DNA of 64,000 bases from Rikenellaceae bacterium (GTDB lineage: Bacteria > Bacteroidota > Bacteroidia > Bacteroidales > Rikenellaceae). Below are positions 50,955 through 62,130 of this stretch, piece after piece. The DNA is taken from the NCBI GenBank assembly GCA_047174275.1, contig JBCQUC010000004.1:337-64336 (forward strand), read 5' to 3'. The translations under genes were made by a program, and so were the position numbers. Each line of letters opens with the position of its first letter. Position 1 is the stretch's first letter. The notes under the pieces were generated by a model. It saw nothing but the letters and a program-made list of their open reading frames with translations, searched no databases and was not told where the DNA came from.

Positions 50955-52526
50955 TTGTATATGGAGAATATAAGTGACTATTTGGTTATTGGCTCTGGTG
51001 TGGCTGGTTTGAGCTTTGCTCTGAAGGCAGCCGAGATCGGAGATGTTGTGATTGTTACCAAGGGGGGGATAAGCGATTGCAACACTAATTATGCGCAGGG
51101 TGGAATCTGCTCTGTGACATATGCTCCCGATACATTCGAGAAGCATATCGAAGATACCTTAGTATGTGGAGCTGGAAAGTGCGATCAGGAGGCTGTTGAG
51201 CTTGTTGTTCGACGCGCTCCAGAGTTGATTCAGGATCTGATTAAGTGGGGTACTCGTTTCAATAAGACCGAAGATGGACGCTTTGAGTTGCACCGCGAGG
51301 GTGGACACTCTGAGCATAGAATCCTCCACTATGAGGATCTAACAGGTGCGGAGATCGAGAGAGCGTTGGTGGAGAGCGTCCGCCAACATCCGCGTATCAA
51401 GATCTTAGAGAACCACTATGCAATTGACCTTCTGACACAACACCATTTGGGTGAGTTTGTGACTCGCCACACTCGTGGTTTGGCCTGCTTTGGTGCTTAT
51501 GTATTGGATCTTAAGAGCGAGAAGATCTCTACGATGTTGGCTAAATTTACAGTTGTGGCATCGGGCGGTTGTGGTCATATCTACCACACAACAACTAATC
51601 CAGAGGTTGCAACGGGCGATGGTATTGCGATGTGCCATCGAGCAAAGGCGACGATCCAGAATATGGAGTTTATACAGTTTCATCCAACATCACTCTACAA
51701 CCCTGGTGAGAGACCATCGTTCCTAATTACGGAGGCGATGCGTGGATATGGAGCTATTCTAAGACTTCAAAATGGTAAGGAGTTTATGGATCGTTATCAT
51801 TCGATGTTGTCCCTCGCACCGCGTGATGTTGTGGCTCGTTCGATCGACCACGAGATGAAGATTAGCGGAGAGGAGTTTGTATATCTGGATGTTCGACACA
51901 AGGATGCAGAGCAGACAAAGACTCACTTCCCAAATATCTACGAGAAGTGTAGATCAATAGGAATAGACATCACGAAGGATATGATCCCTGTAGCCCCTGC
52001 GGCACACTATTGCTGTGGAGGAGTCAAAGTTGACACCGATGGAAAAACCACAATCAAGAGGTTGTATGCCCTTGGGGAGAGCTCTTGCACGGGGCTTCAT
52101 GGAGCAAATCGTTTGGCTTCGAACTCATTGATCGAGGCGTTGGTATATGCAGATCAAGCGGTAAAACATACAGCATCGAGATTCGATAAGGTTCAGATCC
52201 AGAGTGGAATCCCAGATTGGGATTTTGATGGTACGAGCTCTGCTGAGGAGATGATCTTGGTGACTCAAAACAAAAAAGAGCTACAGCAGATAATGTCAAA
52301 TTATGTTGGTATTGTCCGTTCGAATCTGCGTCTGCAACGTGCGATGGTTCGACTCTCGACAATTTGGCACGAGACAGAAGAGCTCTACAACAAAACAACC
52401 CCAAATAAGGAGTTGTGTGAACTTAGAAATATGATTGCTGTGGCATACCTCACAATCAAGCAGGGCGAAGCTCGACACGAGTCAGTCGGCTTGCACTACA
52501 CAATAGACTATCCACCCAAAAAATAG
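50955..52526 (+). CDS. nadB: L-aspartate oxidase
   Basis: IGSGVAGL, AQGGI, REGGHS..RI.H, QFHPT, PAAHY.CGG, HGANRLASNSL. Confidence 0.96.
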   Translation: MYMENISDYLVIGSGVAGLSFALKAAEIGDVVIVTKGGISDCNTNYAQGGICSVTYAPDTFEKHIEDTLVCGAGKCDQEAVELVVRRAPELIQDLIKWGTRFNKTEDGRFELHREGGHSEHRILHYEDLTGAEIERALVESVRQHPRIKILENHYAIDLLTQHHLGEFVTRHTRGLACFGAYVLDLKSEKISTMLAKFTVVASGGCGHIYHTTTNPEVATGDGIAMCHRAKATIQNMEFIQFHPTSLYNPGERPSFLITEAMRGYGAILRLQNGKEFMDRYHSMLSLAPRDVVARSIDHEMKISGEEFVYLDVRHKDAEQTKTHFPNIYEKCRSIGIDITKDMIPVAPAAHYCCGGVKVDTDGKTTIKRLYALGESSCTGLHGANRLASNSLIEALVYADQAVKHTASRFDKVQIQSGIPDWDFDGTSSAEEMILVTQNKKELQQIMSNYVGIVRSNLRLQRAMVRLSTIWHETEELYNKTTPNKELCELRNMIAVAYLTIKQGEARHESVGLHYTIDYPPKK

Positions 52527-52544
52527 ATAAATTTTACAGAAATA

Positions 52545-54128
52545 ATGACACAACACGAAGAGATAATTAGACGAAGAACCTTTGCTGTAATCGCCCATCC
52601 AGATGCTGGTAAGACAACCCTAACAGAGAAACTGCTCCTCTTTGGAGGTGCGATCCATGTTGCGGGAGCTGTCAAGAGCAACAAGATCAAAAAGGGGGCT
52701 ACATCAGACTTTATGGAGATCGAGAGACAGCGTGGTATCTCGGTGGCGACATCTGTTATGGGTTTTGAGTATAAGGGTGCGAAGATCAACATCTTGGATA
52801 CTCCAGGTCATGAGGATTTTGCGGAGGATACATTTAGAACGTTGACAGCCGTAGACTCTGTGATTATTGTGATCGATGGAGCTAAGGGAGTTGAGTCGCA
52901 GACGTTGAAGTTGATGAATGTCTGCCGTATGCGCAAAACCCCAGTTATCGTCTTTGTGAATAAGATGGATAGACCCTGTAAAGAGCCATTTGACCTGTTG
53001 GACGATATCGAGAAGGAGCTTCAAATTAGGGTGCGTCCATTGTCGTTCCCGATTTCGAGTGGCCCGACATTTAAGGGTGTCTACAATCTATACAACCATA
53101 ACCTCTCGTTATTTACCTCTGATGAGCGTCAAACGGCGGCAGCTGAGACTGTTGAAATCGCAGATATTATGCAGCCAGAGTTGGATGATTATATCGAGGA
53201 GCGTTATGCAAATCAGATCCGCGAAGATATCGAGATCGTTGAGGGGGTATACGATGAGTTTGATCGTGATGCCTACCTACGAGGTGAGTTAGCACCAGTA
53301 TTTTTTGGTTCAGCGGTGAATAATTTTGGAGTGCGTGAGTTGTTGGAGTGTTTTATTGAGGTTGCGCCATCACCACGCCTTGCAACAACAGAGACCCGAA
53401 ACATCGACCCAGAGGAGGCTAAATTGTCGGGCTTTATCTTTAAGATCCATGCAAATATGGATCCGAACCACCGCAACCGTATCGCCTTTATGAAGATATG
53501 TTCGGGAACATTTGAACGAAATAAAAATTATCTGCATGTGCGTAGTGGCAAGCAGATGAAGTTCTCATCTCCAACGGCATTTATGGCGGAGAAGAAGTCA
53601 ATCATCGATGAGGCTTTCCCAGGGGATATCGTTGGTCTACACGATGCTGGTAACTTCGCGATTGGAGATACATTTACTGAGGGTGAGAAGTTGAAATTTA
53701 CGGGAATACCATCATTTGCACCTGAGCAGTTCCGATATATCGAGAATGCAGATCCTATGAAGTTCAAGCAGCTTGCAAAGGGTGTCGATCAGCTTATGGA
53801 TGAGGGTGTTGCACAGCTGTTTACATCGAGTCTGAACGGACGAAAGATCATCGGAACAGTTGGTGCACTTCAGTTTGAGGTTATCCAATATCGTCTGGAG
53901 CATGAGTATACAGCAGCGTGTAGATGGGAGCCAATCTCGATCTATAAGGCGTGTTGGATCACAAGCGACAATGCAGAGCAGTTGGCAGATTTCAAGCGTA
54001 GAAAACATACAAATATGGCGGTTGACAAACATGGTCGCGATGTCTTTTTAGCAGATACAAGCTACGGTTTGGCACTTGCTCAGGAGAACTTCAAAGATGT
54101 CAATTTCGCATTCACTTCAGAGTTTTAA
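52545..54128 (+). CDS. prfC: Peptide chain release factor 3
   Basis: [33 protein letters not shown]. Confidence 0.97.
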   Translation: MTQHEEIIRRRTFAVIAHPDAGKTTLTEKLLLFGGAIHVAGAVKSNKIKKGATSDFMEIERQRGISVATSVMGFEYKGAKINILDTPGHEDFAEDTFRTLTAVDSVIIVIDGAKGVESQTLKLMNVCRMRKTPVIVFVNKMDRPCKEPFDLLDDIEKELQIRVRPLSFPISSGPTFKGVYNLYNHNLSLFTSDERQTAAAETVEIADIMQPELDDYIEERYANQIREDIEIVEGVYDEFDRDAYLRGELAPVFFGSAVNNFGVRELLECFIEVAPSPRLATTETRNIDPEEAKLSGFIFKIHANMDPNHRNRIAFMKICSGTFERNKNYLHVRSGKQMKFSSPTAFMAEKKSIIDEAFPGDIVGLHDAGNFAIGDTFTEGEKLKFTGIPSFAPEQFRYIENADPMKFKQLAKGVDQLMDEGVAQLFTSSLNGRKIIGTVGALQFEVIQYRLEHEYTAACRWEPISIYKACWITSDNAEQLADFKRRKHTNMAVDKHGRDVFLADTSYGLALAQENFKDVNFAFTSEF

Positions 54129-54131
54129 AGT

Positions 54132-56000
54132 ATGCTTAACTACCTAACAGTTGATAACTTAACAAAGAGTTATGGAGATTTAATCCTCTTCGAGAAGATC
54201 AATTTCACGATCGGAGAGGGTGAGCGAGTGGGCTTAATTGCACGCAATGGTGCAGGAAAGAGCACGTTGCTTACAACACTTATGTCGGGTGAAGATCTGG
54301 AGGGTGGTGAGGTGACATTTATGCGCGATCTTCGTGTCGCCTATCTTGTTCAAGAGCCCTCTTTCCCGGGGAATCTATCGGTCTTGGAGGCTTGTTTTAC
54401 GGGAGAGAGCCCTGCGTTGAGGGTGATCTCGGAGTATGAGCGAGCTATGAGCATCGGAGATGATAGAGCCATTCAAGAGGCGGTCTCAAAGATGGATGAG
54501 TTTGCGGCATGGGACTATGAATCGAAGATCAAAAATATACTCTCACAGCTCAAAATCAATGAGTTTGATAAGAAGATCTCGATGTTGTCGGGTGGTCAAT
54601 TGAAGCGTGTAGCATTAGCAAATGCACTCATCAACGAACCTGAACTGTTGATCCTTGATGAGCCTACGAACCACCTTGACCTCGATGTTACGATGTGGTT
54701 GGAGAGCTACTTGACAAGTAGTCGAATATCACTCTTGATGGTGACCCACGATCGTTACTTCTTGGATCGAGTCTGCAATAGAATCTTGGAGATCGACGAG
54801 CAGAAGATATTCTCATACCGCGGAAACTATAGCTACTACCTCGAAAAGCGAGAGGAGCGCAAATCGGCAGCGGCACAGCAGCAAGCGAGCGACGAAAATC
54901 TCTACCGCAAGGAGTTAGAGTGGATGCGTCGTCAACCTCAGGCGCGAGCTACAAAGGCAAGGTCTCGAATAGAGAGCTTCTATGATCTGGAGGATAGATT
55001 GCGACGTGAAAGAGAGCAGGGTAGCGTGAAGCTCGATGTCAAGGCGACATATATCGGAAAGAAGATCTTCGAGGTTGAGAATCTCAATAAAGCGTATGGC
55101 GATCGGGTGATTCTGAAAGATTTCTCATATCTATTTTCGAGATACGAGAAGATGGGGATCGTCGGTGAGAATGGAGTTGGTAAGTCTACATTCTTGAAGA
55201 TGTTGATGGGGGAGGTTGCTCCCGATAGTGGAAAGATCGACATTGGGCAGACCGTTAAATTTGGCTACTATTCGCAGGCTGGAATCACATTTGATAACGA
55301 TGCAAAGGTGATAGATGTGGTGAGTGATATCGCTGAATCGATCGATCTGGGCGATGGGCGAAAACTATCGGCATCTCAATTTCTGCAATACTTTCTCTTC
55401 GATCCAAAGGTGCAACACAACTTCGTTGGACGTTTGAGTGGGGGTGAGCGTCGTAGACTCTATCTGTGTACGGTGTTGATGCAAAATCCCAACTTCTTGA
55501 TCCTTGATGAGCCTACCAATGACCTCGATATCATGACTTTGCAGGTTCTGGAGGAGTATCTACAACACTTCTCGGGGTGTGTGATCGTAGTCTCGCATGA
55601 TCGTTACTTTATGGATAAGGTGGCGGATCATCTGTTGGTCTTTGAGGGCGAGGGCAGGGTGAAAGATTTTCCATCGTCATATACCGATTTCTTGGTCTGG
55701 CGCGACCTTAAAGCGCAGCAGGAGCAGCCATCTCGCGAGACAAAAAAGGAGTCAACGCCCCAACCCAAAAAGGAGAGCACTCAATCGAATAAGCTGAGCT
55801 TCAAGGAGAAACGAGAGTTGGAGCAGATCGAGAAAGAGCTTCCAGAGCTAGAGGCTCGAAAGGCGGAGCTAGAGCAGGAGTTAAGCAGCGGAGCTCTATC
55901 TGTGGCGGATCTAACCGCTAAATCGGAGCAGATTTCGTCAATCATAGATGAGATCGACGAGAAGAGTATGCGTTGGTTGGAACTAAGCGAGAGGTGTTAA
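54132..56000 (+). CDS. ABC-F family ATPase (Uup-like)
   Basis: Two ABC domains, no TM domain, C-terminal coiled coil LSFKEKRE. Confidence 0.92.
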   Translation: MLNYLTVDNLTKSYGDLILFEKINFTIGEGERVGLIARNGAGKSTLLTTLMSGEDLEGGEVTFMRDLRVAYLVQEPSFPGNLSVLEACFTGESPALRVISEYERAMSIGDDRAIQEAVSKMDEFAAWDYESKIKNILSQLKINEFDKKISMLSGGQLKRVALANALINEPELLILDEPTNHLDLDVTMWLESYLTSSRISLLMVTHDRYFLDRVCNRILEIDEQKIFSYRGNYSYYLEKREERKSAAAQQQASDENLYRKELEWMRRQPQARATKARSRIESFYDLEDRLRREREQGSVKLDVKATYIGKKIFEVENLNKAYGDRVILKDFSYLFSRYEKMGIVGENGVGKSTFLKMLMGEVAPDSGKIDIGQTVKFGYYSQAGITFDNDAKVIDVVSDIAESIDLGDGRKLSASQFLQYFLFDPKVQHNFVGRLSGGERRRLYLCTVLMQNPNFLILDEPTNDLDIMTLQVLEEYLQHFSGCVIVVSHDRYFMDKVADHLLVFEGEGRVKDFPSSYTDFLVWRDLKAQQEQPSRETKKESTPQPKKESTQSNKLSFKEKRELEQIEKELPELEARKAELEQELSSGALSVADLTAKSEQISSIIDEIDEKSMRWLELSERC

Positions 56001-56001
56001 T

Positions 56002-56412
56002 ATGGCTGCTAGTTGCGAAATATGTGGAGAGCCGATACCTCCGCACTCTCGTATCTGCCCTAATTGCCTCCTGAATGCCTCTTACTCAGCTGAAATCCAA
56101 GGGTTTGAATCACCTGTTAAGATGCTATCAATAATGAGATCTTCGGTCGATGAGTATCTCTCGATCAAATCTCCAAAAATATGGAGTGATAGGGTAGAGT
56201 CTCGGGAGATAATTGCAACCTTTGAGTGCGTTCGAGATGTTGTGATGATCGCCTTTGGTGATAACTCCGATGTTGTGGATGCAGTTGCAGCGATGGAGGA
56301 TCTCTTCTATGAGAGAATAGAACAACACCGACAATACCAAAAGCGTTGTCGGTGTCTGCTTATTATATCTGTTATAGCCCTGATATTCTCTTTATTTGCG
56401 CTAATTTATTGA
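56002..56412 (+). CDS. Hypothetical zinc-ribbon protein with C-terminal TM
   Basis: CEICG..CPNC at the N-terminus, hydrophobic C-terminus; starts 1 bp after the ABC-F stop. Confidence 0.6.
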   Translation: MAASCEICGEPIPPHSRICPNCLLNASYSAEIQGFESPVKMLSIMRSSVDEYLSIKSPKIWSDRVESREIIATFECVRDVVMIAFGDNSDVVDAVAAMEDLFYERIEQHRQYQKRCRCLLIISVIALIFSLFALIY

Positions 56413-59032
56413 GTGCTTCAAGAGGGGTTAATGAGTCTATATCTAACCCTTTAACTTGGTTGCGAATCTCGATAAGCACAGGGTCATCGAGCTGGAACAT
56501 AGAGAGTTGAATGCCACCTCTGTTTTTGTCGGCTGTTGCGATCTTTGGCGCAATATCTCTGTCTGTTGTATCCCCACTTCTGTGCTCTAATTCCAAGTTT
56601 TTGAGAATCTCATCGGCACGCGAGACCACCGATGTTGGCATTCCTGCCATTCTTGCAACATGGATTCCGAAGGATCTCTCGGCACTTCCTCGCTCCAATT
56701 TACGTACAAAGATAATCGTATTCTCCATCTCTTTGACACTCACATGGTAATTTTTCACGCGTGGACATAGCTCCTCCATCTCGTTGAGCTCATGGTAGTG
56801 TGTCGCAAATAGAGTCTTGGCGCGAGCAGTAGGGTGGTTGTGCAGATACTCCACCATCGCCCACGCGATCGAGATTCCATCATAAGTGCTTGTTCCACGT
56901 CCGATCTCATCGAGCAGAACAACGCTTCGATCCGATATATTATTTAGAATCGATGCCGACTCCAACATCTCCACCATAAATGTCGACTCTCCTTGCGATA
57001 TATTATCCGAAGCACCAACACGTGTAAATATCTTATCAACAACCCCAATCTCAGCCGATGCCGCAGGGACAAAAGAGCCCATCTGAGCCATCAATATAAT
57101 AAGTGCAGTTTGGCGAAGAAGAGCCGATTTACCCGACATATTCGGGCCAGTTATCATGATTATCTGCTGCTCTTCATCATCCAAAATAACATCGTTTGGC
57201 ACATATTTCTCGCCAATTGGCATCAAGGTCTCGATCACTGGGTGTCGCCCCTGTTTGATCTCGATTCGTTTTCCGTCGGTGAGTTGAGGGCGCGTATATC
57301 GACCCTCGCACGCCATTCTCGCGAAGGATTGGAGGATGTCGACTCTCGCTATAGATTGTGCATTTCGTTGAAGCGATGCTAGAGATCGGGTTATAAACTC
57401 AATTATTTGTGCAAATAATCTCTGTTCGATCTCTATTATTCGACCCTCTGCACCGAGGATCTTCTCTTCGTACTCCTTTAATTCAGCTGTGATATATCGC
57501 TCCGCAGATGTAAGGGTCTGTTTTCTGACCCACTCTTCGGGAACACAATCTTTGTGTGTATTTCGAACCTCTATATAGTAACCAAATACATTGTTGAAGC
57601 TGATCTTAAGCGATGGAATGCCAGTGCGTTGACTCTCTCGCTCAACGATCTTCTGTAACACATCTTTTCCGTGGAGTGCCACTCGACGCAGATCATCGAG
57701 CTCTGGATCGACACCGTCAGCTATCACACCACCCTTTAAGATATTATTTTGTGGATCGGGATATATCTCCTCAGCAAGGCGTTTGTGGATCTCGGGAAGT
57801 GGATCTATCGACGATGATAGGTCGCTAATAACTTGAACTTCGGAGCTCTCCAATACATCTTTTAATTGGAGGATAGCCTCCAATGAACACTTTAGCTGAA
57901 CCAACTCGCGCGGTGTAACTCTTTGAGCTGCAATACGCGCCGCAATCCTCTCAATGTCGCCAATGAGAGCAATCTGATCCTCGATACTCATCGCTAAGTC
58001 TCGATCCATAACCATCGCTGAAACTATGTCTAAGCGACGATTTATCCTCTCAACATTGCGAATAGGCATCGCAACCCAACGACGCAACATTCTACCCCCC
58101 ATCGGTGTGCGAGTCCTATCAATTACATTTGCAAAGCCTACACGTCCCTCTGAGCCATCCGTAGATCCACCCTGAGCAAAGAGCTCCAAATTTCGTATCG
58201 TGAATCTATCAATCCAGACATGTTCGCTCTCGTCAATTCTCGATATCGAGTTGATATGCGCAATCTGTTTATGCTCCGTAAATTCGAGATATGCAAGTGT
58301 CGCTCCAGCGGCAGAGATTGCATTTCCCATACGCTCGACACCAAATCCTTTGAGCGATTTTGTTCCAAATTGAGCAGATAGTTTCTCGCGGCTCACATCC
58401 TCCGAGAAGAGCCACTCATCGAGTTTATAGGTGTATAATTTGTGCCCAAAGGCGTTCGCAAAACGTAGATCGTGCCCTCTTTGGTATAGAACCTCTTTTG
58501 GCGCGAAGTTCGAGATTAATTTATCAACATATGCATCACTTCCCTCCGAACAGTAGAACTCTCCAGTCGATATATCGAGAAAAGCAACTCCTGTGCTCTT
58601 ATCCCCGAAATATACCGATGCCAGATATCTATTCTCCTTGGTTGTGAGTGAGTTTTCGCCCATTACAACACCAGGGGTTACAAGCTCCACAACACCGCGT
58701 TTGACTAACCCTTTGACCATCTTTGGATCTTCCAATTGCTCACAAATAGCAACTCGCGCACCTGCACGAACCAACTTCGGAAGGTAGGTCTCAACAGAGT
58801 GGTATGGGAATCCTGCTAACTCCACAAAGCTAGCTGCTCCATTGGCACGTCGTGTTAGGGTGATACCAAGAATTTGGCTGGCGCGTATAGCATCCTCGCC
58901 AAATGTCTCGTAGAAATCTCCCACGCGAAAGAGTAGTATAGCATCGGGGTGTACCGCCTTGATGTTGTAGTATTGCTTCATCAAAGGTGTCTCGACATAT
59001 TTTTTCTCAGCTTTTTTTTGCTCTTTGCTCAC
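56372..59032 (-). CDS. mutS: DNA mismatch repair protein MutS
   Basis: TPLMKQY, FRVGDFYE, TGPNMSGKS, DEIGRGTST, FATHYHEL. Confidence 0.97.
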   Translation of the reverse strand: MSKEQKKAEKKYVETPLMKQYYNIKAVHPDAILLFRVGDFYETFGEDAIRASQILGITLTRRANGAASFVELAGFPYHSVETYLPKLVRAGARVAICEQLEDPKMVKGLVKRGVVELVTPGVVMGENSLTTKENRYLASVYFGDKSTGVAFLDISTGEFYCSEGSDAYVDKLISNFAPKEVLYQRGHDLRFANAFGHKLYTYKLDEWLFSEDVSREKLSAQFGTKSLKGFGVERMGNAISAAGATLAYLEFTEHKQIAHINSISRIDESEHVWIDRFTIRNLELFAQGGSTDGSEGRVGFANVIDRTRTPMGGRMLRRWVAMPIRNVERINRRLDIVSAMVMDRDLAMSIEDQIALIGDIERIAARIAAQRVTPRELVQLKCSLEAILQLKDVLESSEVQVISDLSSSIDPLPEIHKRLAEEIYPDPQNNILKGGVIADGVDPELDDLRRVALHGKDVLQKIVERESQRTGIPSLKISFNNVFGYYIEVRNTHKDCVPEEWVRKQTLTSAERYITAELKEYEEKILGAEGRIIEIEQRLFAQIIEFITRSLASLQRNAQSIARVDILQSFARMACEGRYTRPQLTDGKRIEIKQGRHPVIETLMPIGEKYVPNDVILDDEEQQIIMITGPNMSGKSALLRQTALIILMAQMGSFVPAASAEIGVVDKIFTRVGASDNISQGESTFMVEMLESASILNNISDRSVVLLDEIGRGTSTYDGISIAWAMVEYLHNHPTARAKTLFATHYHELNEMEELCPRVKNYHVSVKEMENTIIFVRKLERGSAERSFGIHVARMAGMPTSVVSRADEILKNLELEHRSGDTTDRDIAPKIATADKNRGGIQLSMFQLDDPVLIEIRNQVKGLDIDSLTPLEALNKLAQIKRISGL

Positions 59033-59054
59033 GGTGTTGAATTTTTGTTGTTTT

Positions 59055-59333
59055 TATTAGATGAAATTTTCTAGCAGTCCCACTTGAGATACGTTCCGCA
59101 AGGAACGTCATCCGAACTTGTTTTATTAGTGTCCGATAAAAGTTTGCGATTTATGTTGGTACCTCGTTTCGACTCACCAGAGTCGTCATCCTGAACTTGT
59201 TTCAGGATCCCTAACTATCAGTGTTTCAGATTCTTTGTAGAGATCCTGAAACAAGTTCAGGATGACGAATCCGTTGGATTCGATAACGTGGTGCCAATAA
59301 ATTTGCCGTTACTCTTTTTTTTAGATGCCAATA
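59055..59333. mobile_element. Family 1 element copy G (59124-59333) adjoining or inserted into a truncated copy (59055-59123)
   Basis: Left arm plus a broken REP, then a fresh TA-TTAGTGTCCGATAAAA terminus and a full REP doublet. Confidence 0.75.
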
Positions 59334-59376
59334 AATTTCTCTAAAATGTTTAAATAACCCACAAAGGTATGAAAAA

Positions 59377-60792
59377 TTATTCGAAAAATCGCTCATCAAA
59401 TCCCACAAGATATAACTTATCGGTTGCACGCGAAAAAGCCGTGTATAGCCATCGAAGCATATCGAGTGACATCTGCTCATCGCCAAATATACATCGATCT
59501 ACAAATACAGCGCGCCACTGACCACCCTGCGCCTTGTGACAGGTCACTGCATATGAAAACTTAATCTGCAAGGCGTTGAAATACTCATTCGCTCGTATCT
59601 GTTTTAGCCTCTCAATTCGACTCTTTATCTCGGTGTAATCCTGCTCAACTTGGTAGAATAGCTCTCGACTACGCTCTTGGCTGAGTGATGGAGAGTCGCT
59701 ATGGATTGTTTCGAGCAGTATCTTGCATGTCATCTCCATATCATCATAATCTCCAAATGAGAGTGTAGCTTCGGCAAACTGGAATCCATATAGCTCCTCG
59801 AATCGACGAATGCGCTCAATTCGAGCCACATCTCCGTTGGCAATAAATCCCATCTTGCAATCTGCATTTCGCTCTGTGTAGAAATAATTATTCTTGACAA
59901 TCATCAACATATCTCCACTCTCGATCGCCTCCTCCGCACATAAGGTATAACGTCGAACCCCCTCGTTATACCGATTTGCGCGTTTATTAGATCTGGTGAT
60001 TATAATAGTCTCGTCTCGCCCATATTTGTCGTAACAATCCTGCATCTTTTCGGTAAACTCTCCCGCTTCAATGCACTCAATCTCTGGGTACTCCATCGCG
60101 AGTTTTGGAATCTCGTAGATCCCACGCTCCATCATGCAGCGTATGAGTGTTGCGTTGAAGAGTATCCCCGATGTAGCCTCTTGGCGAACCACCTCATCCA
60201 TAGTGTGATAGCTAATATCTCCATATCTGCGCATGAAGTTTTCGTCCAATGCTGGGCTATAATCCGAACCAACAGGAGGCAGCTGTGCATTATCTCCAAC
60301 GATCATCAAACGACAATCTCTGCCACTACGAACATACTGTATCAAATCGTCCAGAAGAGACCCCGATCCAAATTGAGCCCCTCCACTCTGATTATATGAG
60401 AGCATCGAAGCCTCATCAACAATATACAACATATCATGGTTCTTGTTGAAGTCGAGCGTGAACCTTGATTCATATTGCGCATTTGTATTTTCGCGATAGA
60501 TATGTTTGTGGATTGTAAATGCCGCCTTTTTTGAGTAACGAGATAGTACATTTGCAGCTCGACCAGTCGGCGCAAGTAGGGTAGTGGCTATCTTTAGATC
60601 GCTCAGAGCAGATACCAAAGCGGCAATAATTGTCGTTTTTCCAGTTCCTGCATAACCATTTAGTATAAAAATTGTTTCAGATTGACCATTAGTTAGCCAT
60701 TCTGAGACTCTTTCCACTATTATTTTTTGGTTAATAGTTGGATTAAAACAAATTTTAGTGTAAATTTGTTGTGTTATTTCGTTTTTATACAT
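59377..60792 (-). CDS. RecD-like SF1 helicase / ATP-dependent nuclease
   Basis: GYAGTGKTT, APTGRAA, DEASM, GD.AQLPPV, YAVTCHKAQG; likely start MYKNE at 60792. Confidence 0.88.
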   Translation of the reverse strand: MYKNEITQQIYTKICFNPTINQKIIVERVSEWLTNGQSETIFILNGYAGTGKTTIIAALVSALSDLKIATTLLAPTGRAANVLSRYSKKAAFTIHKHIYRENTNAQYESRFTLDFNKNHDMLYIVDEASMLSYNQSGGAQFGSGSLLDDLIQYVRSGRDCRLMIVGDNAQLPPVGSDYSPALDENFMRRYGDISYHTMDEVVRQEATSGILFNATLIRCMMERGIYEIPKLAMEYPEIECIEAGEFTEKMQDCYDKYGRDETIIITRSNKRANRYNEGVRRYTLCAEEAIESGDMLMIVKNNYFYTERNADCKMGFIANGDVARIERIRRFEELYGFQFAEATLSFGDYDDMEMTCKILLETIHSDSPSLSQERSRELFYQVEQDYTEIKSRIERLKQIRANEYFNALQIKFSYAVTCHKAQGGQWRAVFVDRCIFGDEQMSLDMLRWLYTAFSRATDKLYLVGFDERFFE

Positions 60793-60881
60793 AATCGTCG
60801 GTGGATATAGTGGGTGTTGGCTATGAAATGAGTGACAAGATACGAATAATTTAGAAAACAAATTTAAAACAAATACTTAAT

Positions 60882-61517
60882 ATGAGAAAGATTTTTCAAT
60901 TAGTTCTTGCCGTGGCAATTCTGTCATTGGTTTATGTTATCTATGTGTTGATCTCAACACCTATTCAGTTCGAGAATGATAAGGCGAAGATTGAGGCGTC
61001 TGTTGTTGAGCGTATCAAGGATATCCGCCTTGCTGAGCGTGCTTACAAGAGTAAGTATCAAACTTTTACTGGTAACTTCGATACCTTGATCCACTTCGTA
61101 CTTAACGACTCCCTAACAATGGAGCGTAAGATTGTGGATGAGGATGACTCTGTAGCAATGGCAAATCTTAAGGCTGAAGGTCGTAAGAATGTTGAGACTT
61201 TCCAGGTGGCAGTTATTGATACAGTGTTCGCGCCAAAGCGTCTTACAAAGGCTCAAATCGAGGCTTTGCGCTTTATCCCAGGTACAGGCAATAAGACTGA
61301 GTATATCCTTGATGCAGGTAAGATCACAACTGAGAGTAAGATCGTAATTCCTATTGTAGAGTGTAAAGCTCCTTATGTAAGCTATCTTGATACATTGTTG
61401 TATCGTCAGGAGATTATCAATTTGATCGATAACGACGTTAACAACTATAACAAGTATCCTGGTATTAAGTTCGGATCTATGGAGGGTGGTAACAATGAGG
61501 CAGGAAACTGGGAGTAA
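60882..61517 (+). CDS. Conserved Bacteroidota hypothetical protein with N-terminal membrane anchor
   Basis: N-terminal TM, ERIKDIR.AE.AY, C-terminal GSM..NN.AGNWE; upstream of DUF3822 and rsmD. Confidence 0.75.
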   Translation: MRKIFQLVLAVAILSLVYVIYVLISTPIQFENDKAKIEASVVERIKDIRLAERAYKSKYQTFTGNFDTLIHFVLNDSLTMERKIVDEDDSVAMANLKAEGRKNVETFQVAVIDTVFAPKRLTKAQIEALRFIPGTGNKTEYILDAGKITTESKIVIPIVECKAPYVSYLDTLLYRQEIINLIDNDVNNYNKYPGIKFGSMEGGNNEAGNWE

Positions 61518-62130
61518 CCAACCCGATAATGTCATAACGATCTCCGTTCGGCTTATGTCGAACGGAGATCCTTTTCTCATATCTAACTATATTCACAGTT
61601 CAGGCAGTGTGGAAGATGCCTTTTTGAGGGTTGAATTGCTCTCAAAAAGGGCTCTTTTAGTGCCAACTGAGCTCTTGGAGAAGAGTTCGAAGGAGCAAGA
61701 GTTGAAAGTTGTCGGGATTGCAGTTGCCGCTGATGAGGATATAGTAACTATTGTCGATCGAGACCTTACAGTTCTTGTCGTCGCTCCACGAGAGTTAACT
61801 TCGAGCCTAGAGACAGAGTTTGCAGGGCGATATGAATTTACAACTCCATTGTTGCGCCGCCCAGTGAGCGATAAAGCTCATATGATACTCGATGTGTGTG
61901 ATGAACTTGCAACTGTCAAGATCTATGATAAAGATCGGAAGTTGCGATTTGTTGATGTCTATGATGCACAGTCGACTGCCTCGATAATATTTTGGGTGCA
62001 ACGTCTCTCGTCTGTGATGAAATTGAGTGGCTATACATTATATATATATAGAGGAGATGCCACTTTGAGTCGTTTGTTAAATAAGAATTTCAAAAATACA
62101 CTGTATGCGAATAATAAGCGGTCAATATAA
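61486..62130 (+). CDS. DUF3822-like protein
   Basis: Position between the conserved hypothetical gene and rsmD; divergent sequence; start uncertain. Confidence 0.55.
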   Translation: MVTMRQETGSNQPDNVITISVRLMSNGDPFLISNYIHSSGSVEDAFLRVELLSKRALLVPTELLEKSSKEQELKVVGIAVAADEDIVTIVDRDLTVLVVAPRELTSSLETEFAGRYEFTTPLLRRPVSDKAHMILDVCDELATVKIYDKDRKLRFVDVYDAQSTASIIFWVQRLSSVMKLSGYTLYIYRGDATLSRLLNKNFKNTLYANNKRSI

